The position numbers were made by a program, and so were the translations under genes. A DNA stretch of 64,000 bases from Chara braunii (taxonomy: Eukaryota; Plantae; Charophyceae): positions 3,048,364-3,112,363 of the forward strand of contig BFEA01000036.1 of assembly GCA_003427395.1 (NCBI GenBank). Direction: 5' to 3'. How positions within the stretch are numbered: the stretch's first letter is position 1; every line of letters begins with the position of its first letter. Under the pieces are notes generated by a model. That model saw nothing but the letters and a program-made list of their open reading frames with translations, had not been told where the DNA came from and ran no database searches. This document shows positions 26,542-37,500 of the stretch, one piece after another.

Positions 26542-26967
26542 TCATTGTTCTCCAAGAGGAAGGCAATATCAATATCCTCAGCATCGTTCTTCATAATTTT
26601 TTCCCCCGAGGGCCAAAAGTCAGTCTTGAGTGATGTTTTCGTAAAGCCAGATCCATAATTTTGCTCGATTGTGTCCAGGAAAGTTTTCCAGTGTGAAAGA
26701 GCACTCTCCTTTGAGAAGCTAACCTCATCTTTCATTCCCAACCACTCGTGTCGCTTGTTTTTCAACCACTCAACAAACATCTTCACGCCTTCAATTTCTG
26801 ATTTGAAATCCGAATTCTTATCCTCAGCGAGCTGACCACTTGATATTTCTTTAACAGGTCGAATAGGTGATGGGAGAACATGTGAAGACTCGAATGGCCA
26901 ATCGGGTCCAGCATATGCTTTATTTTCATCTCGTTTAAAACAATAGACCAGAGAAGAACAATGCGGA

Positions 26968-27489
26968 CAACAGAAAAATTTCCCTGAATTAAATAATCAT
27001 TCTAGAGTAAAATTACATTCTAGATTTTAAATTTTCATTCCATCTTTAAAAATATCATTCCAATTTTAATTTTTTTCATCTTACTTGAAAATTTTTCGTC
27101 CAAGAATGGGTTATCCCTTCTTATTTGAAATGCATGCTAGAGATGAAATGAAAGTCTATTTGAGTTCATGAAATATTTTAATCGGACTGTCATTCTAAGT
27201 AAGGATTTTCAGTCATAAATAGGTTAATTCAATCTAAATTAGAAGATATTTGTTGTAATAGAATGAAAGTTTACTTAAAACATTTCATAAACTCATCCTG
27301 ACTTTCATTCCATCTTGAACAAATATATGTAGTTGGAAGGGAAAGCTCATATTTAGACGAAAACTTATCAAATTAAATTGAAAATTTTAGAATTGGACGA
27401 ACACTGTAATGATAATTTATAAATATGAAGGAGTTCTTTTTTTATGGAATATTTTTCAACTTTCATTTCTCGTGGGAATTTTTCTATTG
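26968..27489 (+). mobile_element. 522-bp MITE, inverted sister of 26022-26541
   Basis: TSD GA; excision restores EYCTSPHCSSLVYCF...YAGPDWPF. Confidence 0.85.
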
Positions 27490-29778
27490 GAGAAGTGCAA
27501 TACTCTTTCCACTGGAACACAGGATTGTCATCCTCCATATAAAACCTAAATAAATGTAGCTTAGTATGACTGGTCAGTCTGTTGACCAGAAAGGGCTTGA
27601 CAGTCCCCCGCCAGTCAGCAATTTCATCCATGAATGTGCACAAAAGACGCTATTTTTGGAAACTGGCAGCGAGTTTGAAGAGGTCGAGCATGGTATAAAC
27701 ATCGTGCATTTTTAGTTTGCAAGAGAAATGACAGAAAGTGGCATAAACGCCAGTATGTGTATGTCCTACCAACATAAAACTGAATTCGATTTCTTTGAAG
27801 AAGCCAAATTTCACCAAAGTTGCGGCCAGAGACAAAATGTATTTGTTTTTGTTTTCTCTCCAGCAGTTGTCGGCTTGTATCCTCAATTTAGGAGGTACGT
27901 CGTTTGTCGCTTGTATGTCACGCAGAAGTTTCATAATGGATGACACCACAGCATTGGAATCATGTGGATAGCAAAAGTACCATGTGTGAACATGGACCGA
28001 TGGTGAACGGCTGTGTGTGATAATAGATGTTAAATTTGTTTTCATCATCAGAATATTCACGAATGCCTTCGACTTGTTTTCTGCGTCAAAGTGTGCAATA
28101 CTCGTCTTGCTTTGGTCCATACCGTCAATAACTATGCATAAACTGTTGGAACCTGGTCTCTTTGACTCATCCTTCCACACCTCATAAGCAGCACGGTGTT
28201 GGACCTGCAAGTCCAAGTGTTTTTCGCTTTTCGAAACAAAATAATCACGCACACTTACGAAATTCGCAGAATTGATAGATTCTTTGAACTCAACACACTT
28301 CTTGCATTTTGCAAAGTTTTGATCAACTTCATGGAATTTCACATGCCAGAAGTGTGTTCTCCACAAGTTATAGAAAACTTGGAGAGAAACAGAGGGGACA
28401 CCCAGGTTGTCAAATTGTAACTTTAACAACTTATAAATGTCAACCTTGTTATAGCAAGCAAGCAATCTCAAAACCACTCGTGATTCTCCATCTTTGATCC
28501 TCATGTCATTGGGCATGGAATCTCCATTGTTGCGCACAAAGGAGCTTAGTTTCTCGAACATCGTCACGTACGTTGCAGATGTGCGTCTGAGTCCAGTGCT
28601 ACCATGCTCTGTTATAATGTAACATTTCGACAAAGTCATCCTCTTTTTCAAAAATGTATTCTTGCACACACCCAGTGTGAAACACCATGCACTAATGCAC
28701 ACCTTTCTTTTTCCCACAATAGGTTGTACAATCTCTTTCTCATCCTTCACGAAGGTGAACCTCTTTAACATTTCAACCCACCATGCATCTCTACTTTCAC
28801 GATCCTTAGCGTAATAAGCACCCCAGACAATTTTGATGTCTTCCATGGTCATGTGAGCGCAACAATCTTGTTCACAATAATTTGAAACTTGTCCACTCAC
28901 ACTCGCAAGTGTTTTTTTGGTGAGCTTTCTGTGAACTGATTGCAAAATCTTCTTTGACCGCCGCATTCTGACACGGAAAGTATAAGGACGCTTCTCAGAC
29001 GACAAACGTTTTGGAAAAATGTCATCAAAATCAGAGACAACATCAGAATTCTCCATATCGTTGCGACACTACAGGTCAGTGTCATCATTATCGCAAGTTT
29101 GTGGATGATCAATTTTGTCTGGAGAACTGTCGGCGTCAGATAACATCGAAGCACTTGATTTCGAACCATCTTCATCACTCTCCTCAACAGAAGGCCTGTG
29201 CACTTGAAATCTCGTAGCGAACTTCTCGGCACTCACATGATACGATCTACATCGGATGTGTTCCTGTCACCGAAGCAGGCCCTACCCTGGCCTTCCGAAC
29301 CTTCTGCATCAGAGGTTTTCACTTGTTCGCGCAAGGCTGGAGATGAAATCTCGCATGTGGTTTCTTCACATGCAGCCATCCGGGACCTTTTATGATCAGG
29401 AGATTCTGGAGTTATTTGAACGTCTTCCGAAAACATTGGCAGGTCCGGCGGATTAAATTCATCATTAGGTAGTATATTAGATGCCACACAGTCCATGCTT
29501 TCCAAAGTTGTGCTCGCAGCTTGCCGTGGTGCATGCCCACCACAAGCCATTTACAACGTTTCTGCGATGACAAAACAGTGGACCACTGGCATAAGACATG
29601 TATATCAGTAACAAATTCGCAGCTAGATGGATCACATGCGGTATATGTAGAGTGCAACACATGTGGTATAGCGCGGCCACTGCTAGCCACACATAGCTGA
29701 TGTAAAAGATCGGCCCTGTGAAGGCGGAAAAAAAGCACAGTCTTCAACAGAAGAGATGCACGAGAGACACGGCAATGG

Positions 29779-30465
29779 CTGTCGTGTTGAACGCGATGAT
29801 CTACCTCCTCGGTCGTGTTGAACACGACGAAGCATCATCGCATTGCACAACACGACAGGTGCACACGGCGACAACCACCGTCACCGTGTCATCACGACGG
29901 CGCGATCGTGTTCAACATGTCCGAGCTCGACCGGAGTCGTGTTGAACATGTCCTGTCTCTGCACGACAGCCACCGCGGTCGTGTTGAAGACGAAGATGAG
30001 CGACCGTCGTCGTGTTGAACATGACGGCGTTCACGACGGCGCTCTTGTGGTGAACATGTCCGCGCTCGACCATCGTCGTGTTGAACACGATCACCAGCAC
30101 AGCGGCGATCCGCCGCGGTCCAGTTCAACACTGAAAGCGACCGTCATCGTATTGAACACGACCGTGGGGTCGTGGCGAGCCACCGCGGTCGTGTTCGACA
30201 CGATGACAGCGATCGTCATCGTGTTGAACACGACGGTGGGGTCGTGTCACCGGCACGGCGGCGATCCACCACGGTCGAGTTCAACACTGAAAGCGACCGT
30301 CATCGTATTGAACACGACTGTGGGGTCGTGACGAGCCACCACGGTCGTGTTCGACACGATGGCAACGACCGTCATCATGTTGAACACGACGGTGGGGTCG
30401 TGTTCAGCACGTGGTGTACGACCGTCATCGTGTCGAACACGACAGTCGTCGTGTCGGACTCGATG
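29779..30465. repeat. Palindrome array A (GTCGTG-TTGAA-CACGAC, ~19 copies)
   Basis: Direct; upstream of the transposase; includes a ~155-bp duplication. Confidence 0.9.
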
Positions 30466-30522
30466 ATGGACGGCTCTGCGAATTGTCTGAGAAATTTTGT
30501 TGACGTCATGAAAAACCACGAA

Positions 30523-30577
30523 CGGGGGGGGGGGGGAGGGGGCGGGGGGGGTTGGGGGGGGGGGGGGGGGGGGGGGG
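30523..30577 (+). repeat. Poly-G tract (G-quadruplex potential)
   Basis: Direct. Confidence 0.9.
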
Positions 30578-31256
30578 CGGTGAGGATTCTAAACTCACCT
30601 AGGTCAAAGGAGGCACGAATCGGAGCAGCAACGCAGCTGCCGTGGCGGAGCAACGCAGCTGTCTGTCGTGTCAACGGGAAGGTGACACTGCACTGGTACA
30701 TTTTTCCGGGAGCGACGCAAGGGAATAGACCCTTGGATCCTCCTACGGAGACCGTTTAAACAGTCGTGGAAGGCACCGGCAGTCGAATCGTCGCCCCCTT
30801 GGCACCGATTCTCACCGCGGCACCGGTCTTCCCCATACCCGATCCTGGCCCTCAGCCGACGGATCGACGGCCCAGACTTTCCCAGGATTCGAAACGTCGC
30901 TCCAGCGGCACCTGGTCCCGAACCCACACCCCGCAGGCCGCATTCCCCCGCAGGCCCTCCACAGAAAGTATAAATAGTGGTGTGAGCCCACCGTTTTCCA
31001 TTTTTGCTAGTTTGTCGAGAACGACGGAGCGTTGCGGAGGTTCGCGCATCGTCCGAAGCCGGCGGAGCGCTGACTTGCACATTGGAGGCTCACGCAGAAC
31101 GCAACGGAGATCCCACTCGCACATCGGAGGTTCATGCAGCATCGGAGCAAAGTTCCGAGCATCCGCATCGGAGGCAGCAGCGGAGGTCTGGGAGAACGGT
31201 AAACCCCCGTGAAGCAACCACGTGCTGCCACGTGGCATTTCCGCCCTCGCAGAGGC

Positions 31257-32432
31257 TGTCGTCGAGTCGAACTTGACGGTGGACCAGCGCCAAGGCCTAT
31301 GGCCACTGTCGAGTCGAACTCGACAACGGCTTGCGGTCGAGTCGAACTCGATAACGGCCTGGGGTCATCATCGAGTCGGACTCGACAATGGCCAGAGGCC
31401 TTGGCGCTGGCCAACCGTCGAGTTCGACTCGACGACGGCCGTCTGGCCCGACTCGACGACTGCCGGCTGGCCACTGTCGAGTTCGACTCGACGACTACCG
31501 GCTGGCCACTGTCGTGTTCAACTCGACGACTGCCGTCTGGCCACTGTCGAGTCGAACTCGACGACAACCATCTGGGCTTTCCCGATTCGTCCGTTGTCGA
31601 GTTCGACGACGGTATACCGTCGAGTTCGATTCGACGACGGCCTTCGTGCACTGTCGAGTCGAACTGGACATGATAGTACACCAACCAGTTTCAAAACATC
31701 CAGTTCCTATCGAGTCGAACTCGACAATGGCCTGGGGTCATCGTCGAGTCAGACTCGACAATGGCCAGAGGCCTTGGCGCTGGCCGACCATTGAGTTCGA
31801 CTCGACGACGGCCGTGTGGCCCGACTCGACGACTGTCGGCTGGCCACTGTCGAGTTCAACTCGACAAGTGCCGGCTGGCCACTGTCGAGTCGAACTCGAC
31901 GACGACCATCTGGGCTTTCCCGATTCGTCCGTCGTCGAGTTCGACAACGGCACACCGTCGAGTTCGATTCGATGACGGCCTCCGTCCACTGTCGAGTCGA
32001 ACTCGACATGATAATACACCAACCAGTTTCAAAACATCCAGTTCCTATCAAATCTGTCAAAAAGTTGGTAGACGGCCTCCGCCCACTGTCGAGTCGAACT
32101 CAACAACGGCCGTCTGGGCTTTCTTGATTCATCCGTCGTCGAGCTCGAGGCCTTGGCAGTGGCCCACCACTGAGTTCGATTCGACAACGGCCGTCAGGCC
32201 ATACGTCGAGTTCGACTCGACGACGGTCGGCTGGCCTCTGTCGAGTCGAACTCGACAACGGTCGTCTGGCCACTGTCGAGTCGAACTCGACAACGGCCGT
32301 CTGGACTTTGTCGATTATCCGTCATCGATTTCGACTCGACAACGGCAAGAGGCCGTGGCGGTGGGTGTTGGGATCGACTCGACAGTAGCCAGAGGCCTTG
32401 AAGCTGGGCCGTTGTCGATTCGAACTCGACGA
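31257..32432. repeat. Palindrome array B (GTCGAG-TCGAA-CTCGAC, ~27 copies in both orientations)
   Basis: Direct; upstream of ORF303; includes a ~350-bp direct duplication. Confidence 0.9.
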
Positions 32433-32693
32433 AGGATAGGAGCCGATGGCCTTTGTCGGGACGAGCGCAACGATGGATAGCCGCCGATGGCCTTTGTCGT
32501 TTTGTGTGTCTTCTCCTTGTGCATTGGTCATTCGCAATGCCTCATTGGCTCCTTGATGGACAGGCGCCGATGGACTTTGCCTTTCTGACTCCTCGTTGTA
32601 TCTAGCTACGACGGTAGTTATTGTGTGCACAACATTCGCAACTGCGATGGCTACTTGTTGTGTGAGCGAGTTCGACCTTAGCAATGGCTCCTT

Positions 32694-33605
32694 ATGTGGT
32701 TGTGTATCGTTTGTGTGTGTAGGACATTCACGATGGCTCACCGGTTCGATTACTTGTTCCCTTTAAATGCTAGCGCGCCGTACATACGGGGTTTAAGGCA
32801 GGCGACTACTATACTTGGGGCCCATAGAGATGACTTCGACACGGACCCTTGGATGAGCGTGTTGCCCTGGCTTGACAGGCCCTTCGATGCATGGTCCGAA
32901 TTAGACTTGGAGAACACCATGAAAGACTTTCCATGGGCGTCTGATTATCGACTTGCTTCCAGCCAGGAATGGGGGACATTCATCTTCCTCGACCACATCC
33001 TCGTGATGAAACACACGCCGGTGTTGTCTGCAGCATTTCGTACCCGAGACTTATCTTTATCATTGACTGCGCACAACGTGTCGTGTTCGCCGCGCTTGTG
33101 GGGACCATCGATGAAGGAGGAGTTGTTGGACTGTGTGAAATACAACCAGTTTCTAGAGAAATATCCCCTTCCCTTCGGGGACAACTTGAAGGGGAGGGTT
33201 TCGTACTTCTGCGTGCATGTTGAACTCTGTTGTTTCCCTTTCGCTAGGGTTCTCTGTGTTTCGGTAAGAAATAGAAGTAAGACTTCAGCGGAGGCAAGTA
33301 TTTACGTATCCAAGAACGAGCTCATCGTTGATGGGCACTCGATTATGTTACCGCATGGTTTTAGGAACAGTAAGTTTGACGTGAAACTGGCGGGGCAGGT
33401 TGACGCACCCCGGCATTGGGAGGAGGTCGAGGAGTACGTGACGGTCATTCGGGACGCCATCGGTCACACTTTAGCCATAACATGTGGTTTCGTCCGTGCG
33501 CGATACATGTCTCGCTTCTCCGCCACTGCGACCCTGTGTAGTTCCCAGCTCCTAACATACGGTTCATCCTTGAACACACTGTACGGTTTCGGGGCTGAAC
33601 GATAG
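32694..33605 (+). CDS. Uncharacterised ~300-aa transposon-associated protein (ATG at 32733, or splice acceptor at ~32722)
   Basis: Uninterrupted ORF; clear homolog at 45447-46364 (DPWMxV, DAWSE, EWG, SPRxW, KEELLDC, FLExYPL, RVLCV, RDAIG, GSSxNxLYxFG). Confidence 0.8.
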   Translation: MWLCIVCVCRTFTMAHRFDYLFPLNASAPYIRGLRQATTILGAHRDDFDTDPWMSVLPWLDRPFDAWSELDLENTMKDFPWASDYRLASSQEWGTFIFLDHILVMKHTPVLSAAFRTRDLSLSLTAHNVSCSPRLWGPSMKEELLDCVKYNQFLEKYPLPFGDNLKGRVSYFCVHVELCCFPFARVLCVSVRNRSKTSAEASIYVSKNELIVDGHSIMLPHGFRNSKFDVKLAGQVDAPRHWEEVEEYVTVIRDAIGHTLAITCGFVRARYMSRFSATATLCSSQLLTYGSSLNTLYGFGAER

Positions 33606-33997
33606 GCGAGGTCGTAGGAGAGGTCGTGGGAGATGAACAGTGTAAGAAACGTGAACTATTCAACGAAAGTGTGAACTGAGACTATGTAAGCGTGGGGGAT
33701 GAACAATGTAAGAAATGTGAGCTATTCAGCAAGAGTGTGAACTGAGACTATGTATGTTATGGGAGCAGTGAGTTTGATGTAAGATTATCGATTACTTTGA
33801 AATACGTTAATACTATTTGTCGCACGTTGTGGGTGCCGGTTGCATGCCTTGCCAATTGAATGTTTGGAATTGATAATAGATGTAGGCTTTCAATTGATGT
33901 GCCTTGTTTGATGTGACTTATTGGATACGCCGCTCTCGTGTTCTGTTCGCCTGCTATTTGACACACCGATCCCATTCTCTGTCACGATGGCCAGCAA

Positions 33998-34432
33998 CGA
34001 TCGAGTCCAACACAATCAAGCTGGCCTCGAGGTTCGCGCTGGCCCGCCACGTTCGAGTCGAACACGAACGGGTCGCGATCTTCTGGGTCACGCTGGCCCA
34101 CCAAGATGAAGTTGAACACGATCGAGCTGGCTGTTACGCTCGAGTCGAACACGATGAGTCGAGCCCGATCGCGTCAAACACGATCGAGTTGAACACGAAC
34201 ACGATCGCGTCGAACATGGTTGAGTTCGGGCGCTGGCCCACCACGATCGAGTCGAACACGATCGAGCTGGCCCGTCACGCTCGAGTCGAACACAATCGAG
34301 TCGAACACGATCGAGTCAAACACGATGGAGTCGAACACGATCGTGTCGAACAAGATCGAGTCGAACAAGATCGTGCCGAGCACGAGCACGATCGTGATCG
34401 AATTGAACACGATCCCGGTCGATTCGAACTCC
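33998..34432. repeat. Palindrome array C (ATCGAG-TCGAA-CACGAT), partly a 15-bp tandem repeat
   Basis: Direct; immediately upstream of the large gene. Confidence 0.9.
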
Positions 34433-34536
34433 ATCTCCGGGGCTGCCTTTCCACGAAGGTGTTGCGCTGCCTTACCACTATCTAAAACGTTTCACTTTTC
34501 TGCTCCTTCTGATTTTTGGCTTTCCGATGATGTGAT

Positions 34537-37500
34537 GTGTTGCTTTCAGATTCGACAACGCTGCAAAACATGGAACGAGGGGGGAAGGCAAGTAAACGAC
34601 AAGCAAGTAGGACTTCAGGGAGCATGGAACAATCTCCGACAAAATCGAAGGGGACGCCGACCGCTGCGGGGGGGAGTCAGGAGGCACCGGGGTCTAAGAG
34701 GCAATGCACCCCAGTTCCACGTCACGAGTCCACGAGCACTCCGGTTCCGAGGGGTGCACCTTCCACAGGCACTCCGTTGACTAGTGTTCGGGGCTCTGGA
34801 CCGAATAACATTATGTTGATGACTGGCGGGCCTGTGGGTCAGGAACGTGTGCCTGGTCCGCCACAGGGAAGATCTGCAGTGGACGTTGTGCCCGGACGTA
34901 AGCCGTCTGGTGAAGGTAAACCGTATGGTGAAACGACTACCGCGGGTCGGCGAGACGATGTGCCCGTAACATCTGCAGTGGACGTTGTGCCCGGAAGTAA
35001 ACCGTCTGGTGAATGTAAACCGTCTGCTGAAACGACTGCCGCGGGTCGGCGAGACGATGTGCCCGTGGTTGATCACAAGGATAAGTTCTGGATGTTGGAC
35101 TGGGTGGGGGAGATCAGAGAACCATCGAGTGGCCTTGTTCTATACGTGGTCATGAAAGAAAATATTGTGCCGGTTGGCGGCCTGGTGAGGTGGACTAGAC
35201 AAGGTGCACCGTCTGCAATGTTCGAGTTGACGATGGTCCTGCATGGACGAGGGGAAAAAATGCCAAATGTTAAACATGTCGCTCTTCGATGGGCCAAACA
35301 CGTGGGATTTGGAAAGTCGATGGTTGATGTATTCAACCCGCCAGGGAGAGCGGAAGTGAAGTTGCCTGACCTCGTCGACGTCCTCGGGTTCTTCGACAGT
35401 AATGTGATCGCGGGCGGAGAGCCGGTTGTGCATCCAGAAGACCGCATATCGGAGCCTAAATGCGTGCTTTCGAAAACCGTGGAGACTGGGCCTTCGATCA
35501 CGATCCGCGACACACCGCCGGCTCCGAAAGATGAGCAGATTGGAGAGAAGGGTCCGTGTCGCGGACTGGTCGTGCCGTCAGCCCCTATGAAGTCCAGGCC
35601 AACGGCGACCAAAGCACCAGTTGCCTTGGGCAGCCATCCGCGCTATGTAGCGGCCACCAAGGGACCTCTCCCCTTGGTGGGCCAGCAGCGCTACGACTAC
35701 ACTGTGCCAAGCCGCGCAGAGAAAGCCCATGAATATTTTGGAGATGATGATGAAGAGAACAGCGAGGAATATTCGGAACGAGCAGGAGGACATGAACAGT
35801 ATGCGGTGGGTGTTGGTGACATGACAAGGCGCTATGGGGAAACAAGTAAAGTGGTTGGACAGGATGAAGACAGTGAGCACGCTATGAGCGAATCGGGTGG
35901 AGAGGTTGGTCTGGCAGGGGGATATGGGAGCAGCGACGAAGGATGTGAGGGGGATGTGCATCCAACACGAGGGGGGGTGCACCACGAGACAGTGGTTGTG
36001 GCTACGCATACAAATGCTGCAGGGATCGTTGAGCGAAAGAGGAAGCACAGGCAGGAGAGGAGAAGTGCTTTGGATAGTAAACGGAGTAAGCAAGAAGCGG
36101 GTCAAAAAAGACAATTGAAACTATTGTCCGTGGATGAGGCGGTCCAGCGCACACGGGAGACTGAGGCGGCCACGAAGAAAAAACAGCAGCCAAAGAAAAG
36201 AACGGCAAAGGGTGGTGTCATGGAAAAGACTTCCGTTTTTCCAGCGGAACAACCACAATCGGATGAAGAGGCCAAAGGTAAGACAGTTACTAGGCCGCCA
36301 AGTTTGCGAAATGTGGCATCGGTGACTTCTTCTGGTATTCTCAGCAAAGGCTTCTTCCTTGAGTTGGACGAGCATGGGAACCAGTGTCCAGACATGGAAT
36401 TCATTTATGTCAAGTTCGACAGAATTCTGGATATCCCCGACGGGGAATTCAGATACAATCAACGCTATTTTGTGCAGCAGACGATTGATGGCATTTATGA
36501 CGCAATGGTTGCATTAGGTGAGGCTGCTATCAGAGAGAGAATGACTAAAGCTGTCCTTTTGTTGGTTCCCCTCCGTGATACATTGCATACAAACGCTTCA
36601 GGAAGGATTGTGAGAGCAAGGAGGGTGCTGCGCGATGAATTCGAACTCGGCTCTGTGAACAAGTACTACTACTACCCTCTCAGCGGTCAACATAACGTGA
36701 CGGCGGCAAGAAGGTGTTTTGTTGAACGCCCTGACATCGCACAAGAGCTCCGATTGGATCGCTGGACTGCGAGGCCTGTTTATTATCCGGATAAGAGCAT
36801 GGACAATTACGGCACGCTGAGCACTTTCCAGAACGCAAAGGACAAATGGAATACCCCACCGCACCAGATCGTGGTCATCCAGAACATACTGAAGTTGCGG
36901 CACACATCGAACTGTCATGAAGCTAAAGGCGGCTCAGCGGCAGAAGTGAAAAATGCAGATTATAGAAATTTTGCAGGAAAGACTCTTCGTTTGACCGGAT
37001 TCGTAATTTGGTTGACATGTCCCTTACTACTCAATGGAGCGGCCAGTGGTTGACGCCCTCGGGCCCTACATGTTATTGGCAAGGGCGACAGATGACGTTT
37101 TCGAAAAGGTGAAACAAGTGTACGCCGCTTGGGAAGCTGGACAATTGTCGGGGAGAGATGTTGTGAAGCCTGCTACCAAACAAGGTGAATCAGGGAAGGC
37201 ACCAAGGGGTGGACCCGAATTTGAGTTGAAAGGTGGAGTTAGGTTTCCGGTTCACTGGGTTCAAGATACCAAAGGACCGGGTTACCGCGTGGATGTGCAC
37301 GATCCGGATATCAGAGCGTGAAAGCCTTTTTCAGCGCTTGGGAGGCGTGAGCGGCTTCAACTGTTGCGAGACATTATCACAGGCAATGTAACACTGACTC
37401 CTAAGTAAAGTGGAGCTGCTCAACGTGCCGGGAAACATTCAACGGAGACATACGAGGAAATGGTGAAGATTGAACGAGCAATGTTGAGGATGTTTCACTA

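Larger units (their letters stand above)
25581..29550 (-). pseudogene. Sola-like (DUF7869-type) DDD transposase, interrupted by two MITEs
   Basis: FAKCKKC..H, CIVIDGMDQSKT, LRIQADNCWRENKNKY, VGHTHTGVYATF (third Asp appears mutated); ORF pieces at 27368, 26517 and 25581 rejoin in frame once the MITEs are removed and align with transposase 2. Confidence 0.85.

Noticed and set aside
26022-27489. MITEs acting as self-removing introns (introners)
   Set aside because: The ends on the coding strand are CA...TG, not GT/GC...AG, and the host gene has other lesions.
29718-32480. Many overlapping ORFs (VESNSTT, RVEHD, SSSTRR peptides)
   Set aside because: Several frames on both strands are open because the GC-rich repeat lacks stop codons; there is no coding signal.
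29779-34432. Palindrome arrays as a CRISPR array
   Set aside because: Repeats are only 17 bp and occur in both orientations, spacers are irregular and themselves repetitive, there are no cas genes, and the context is eukaryotic.
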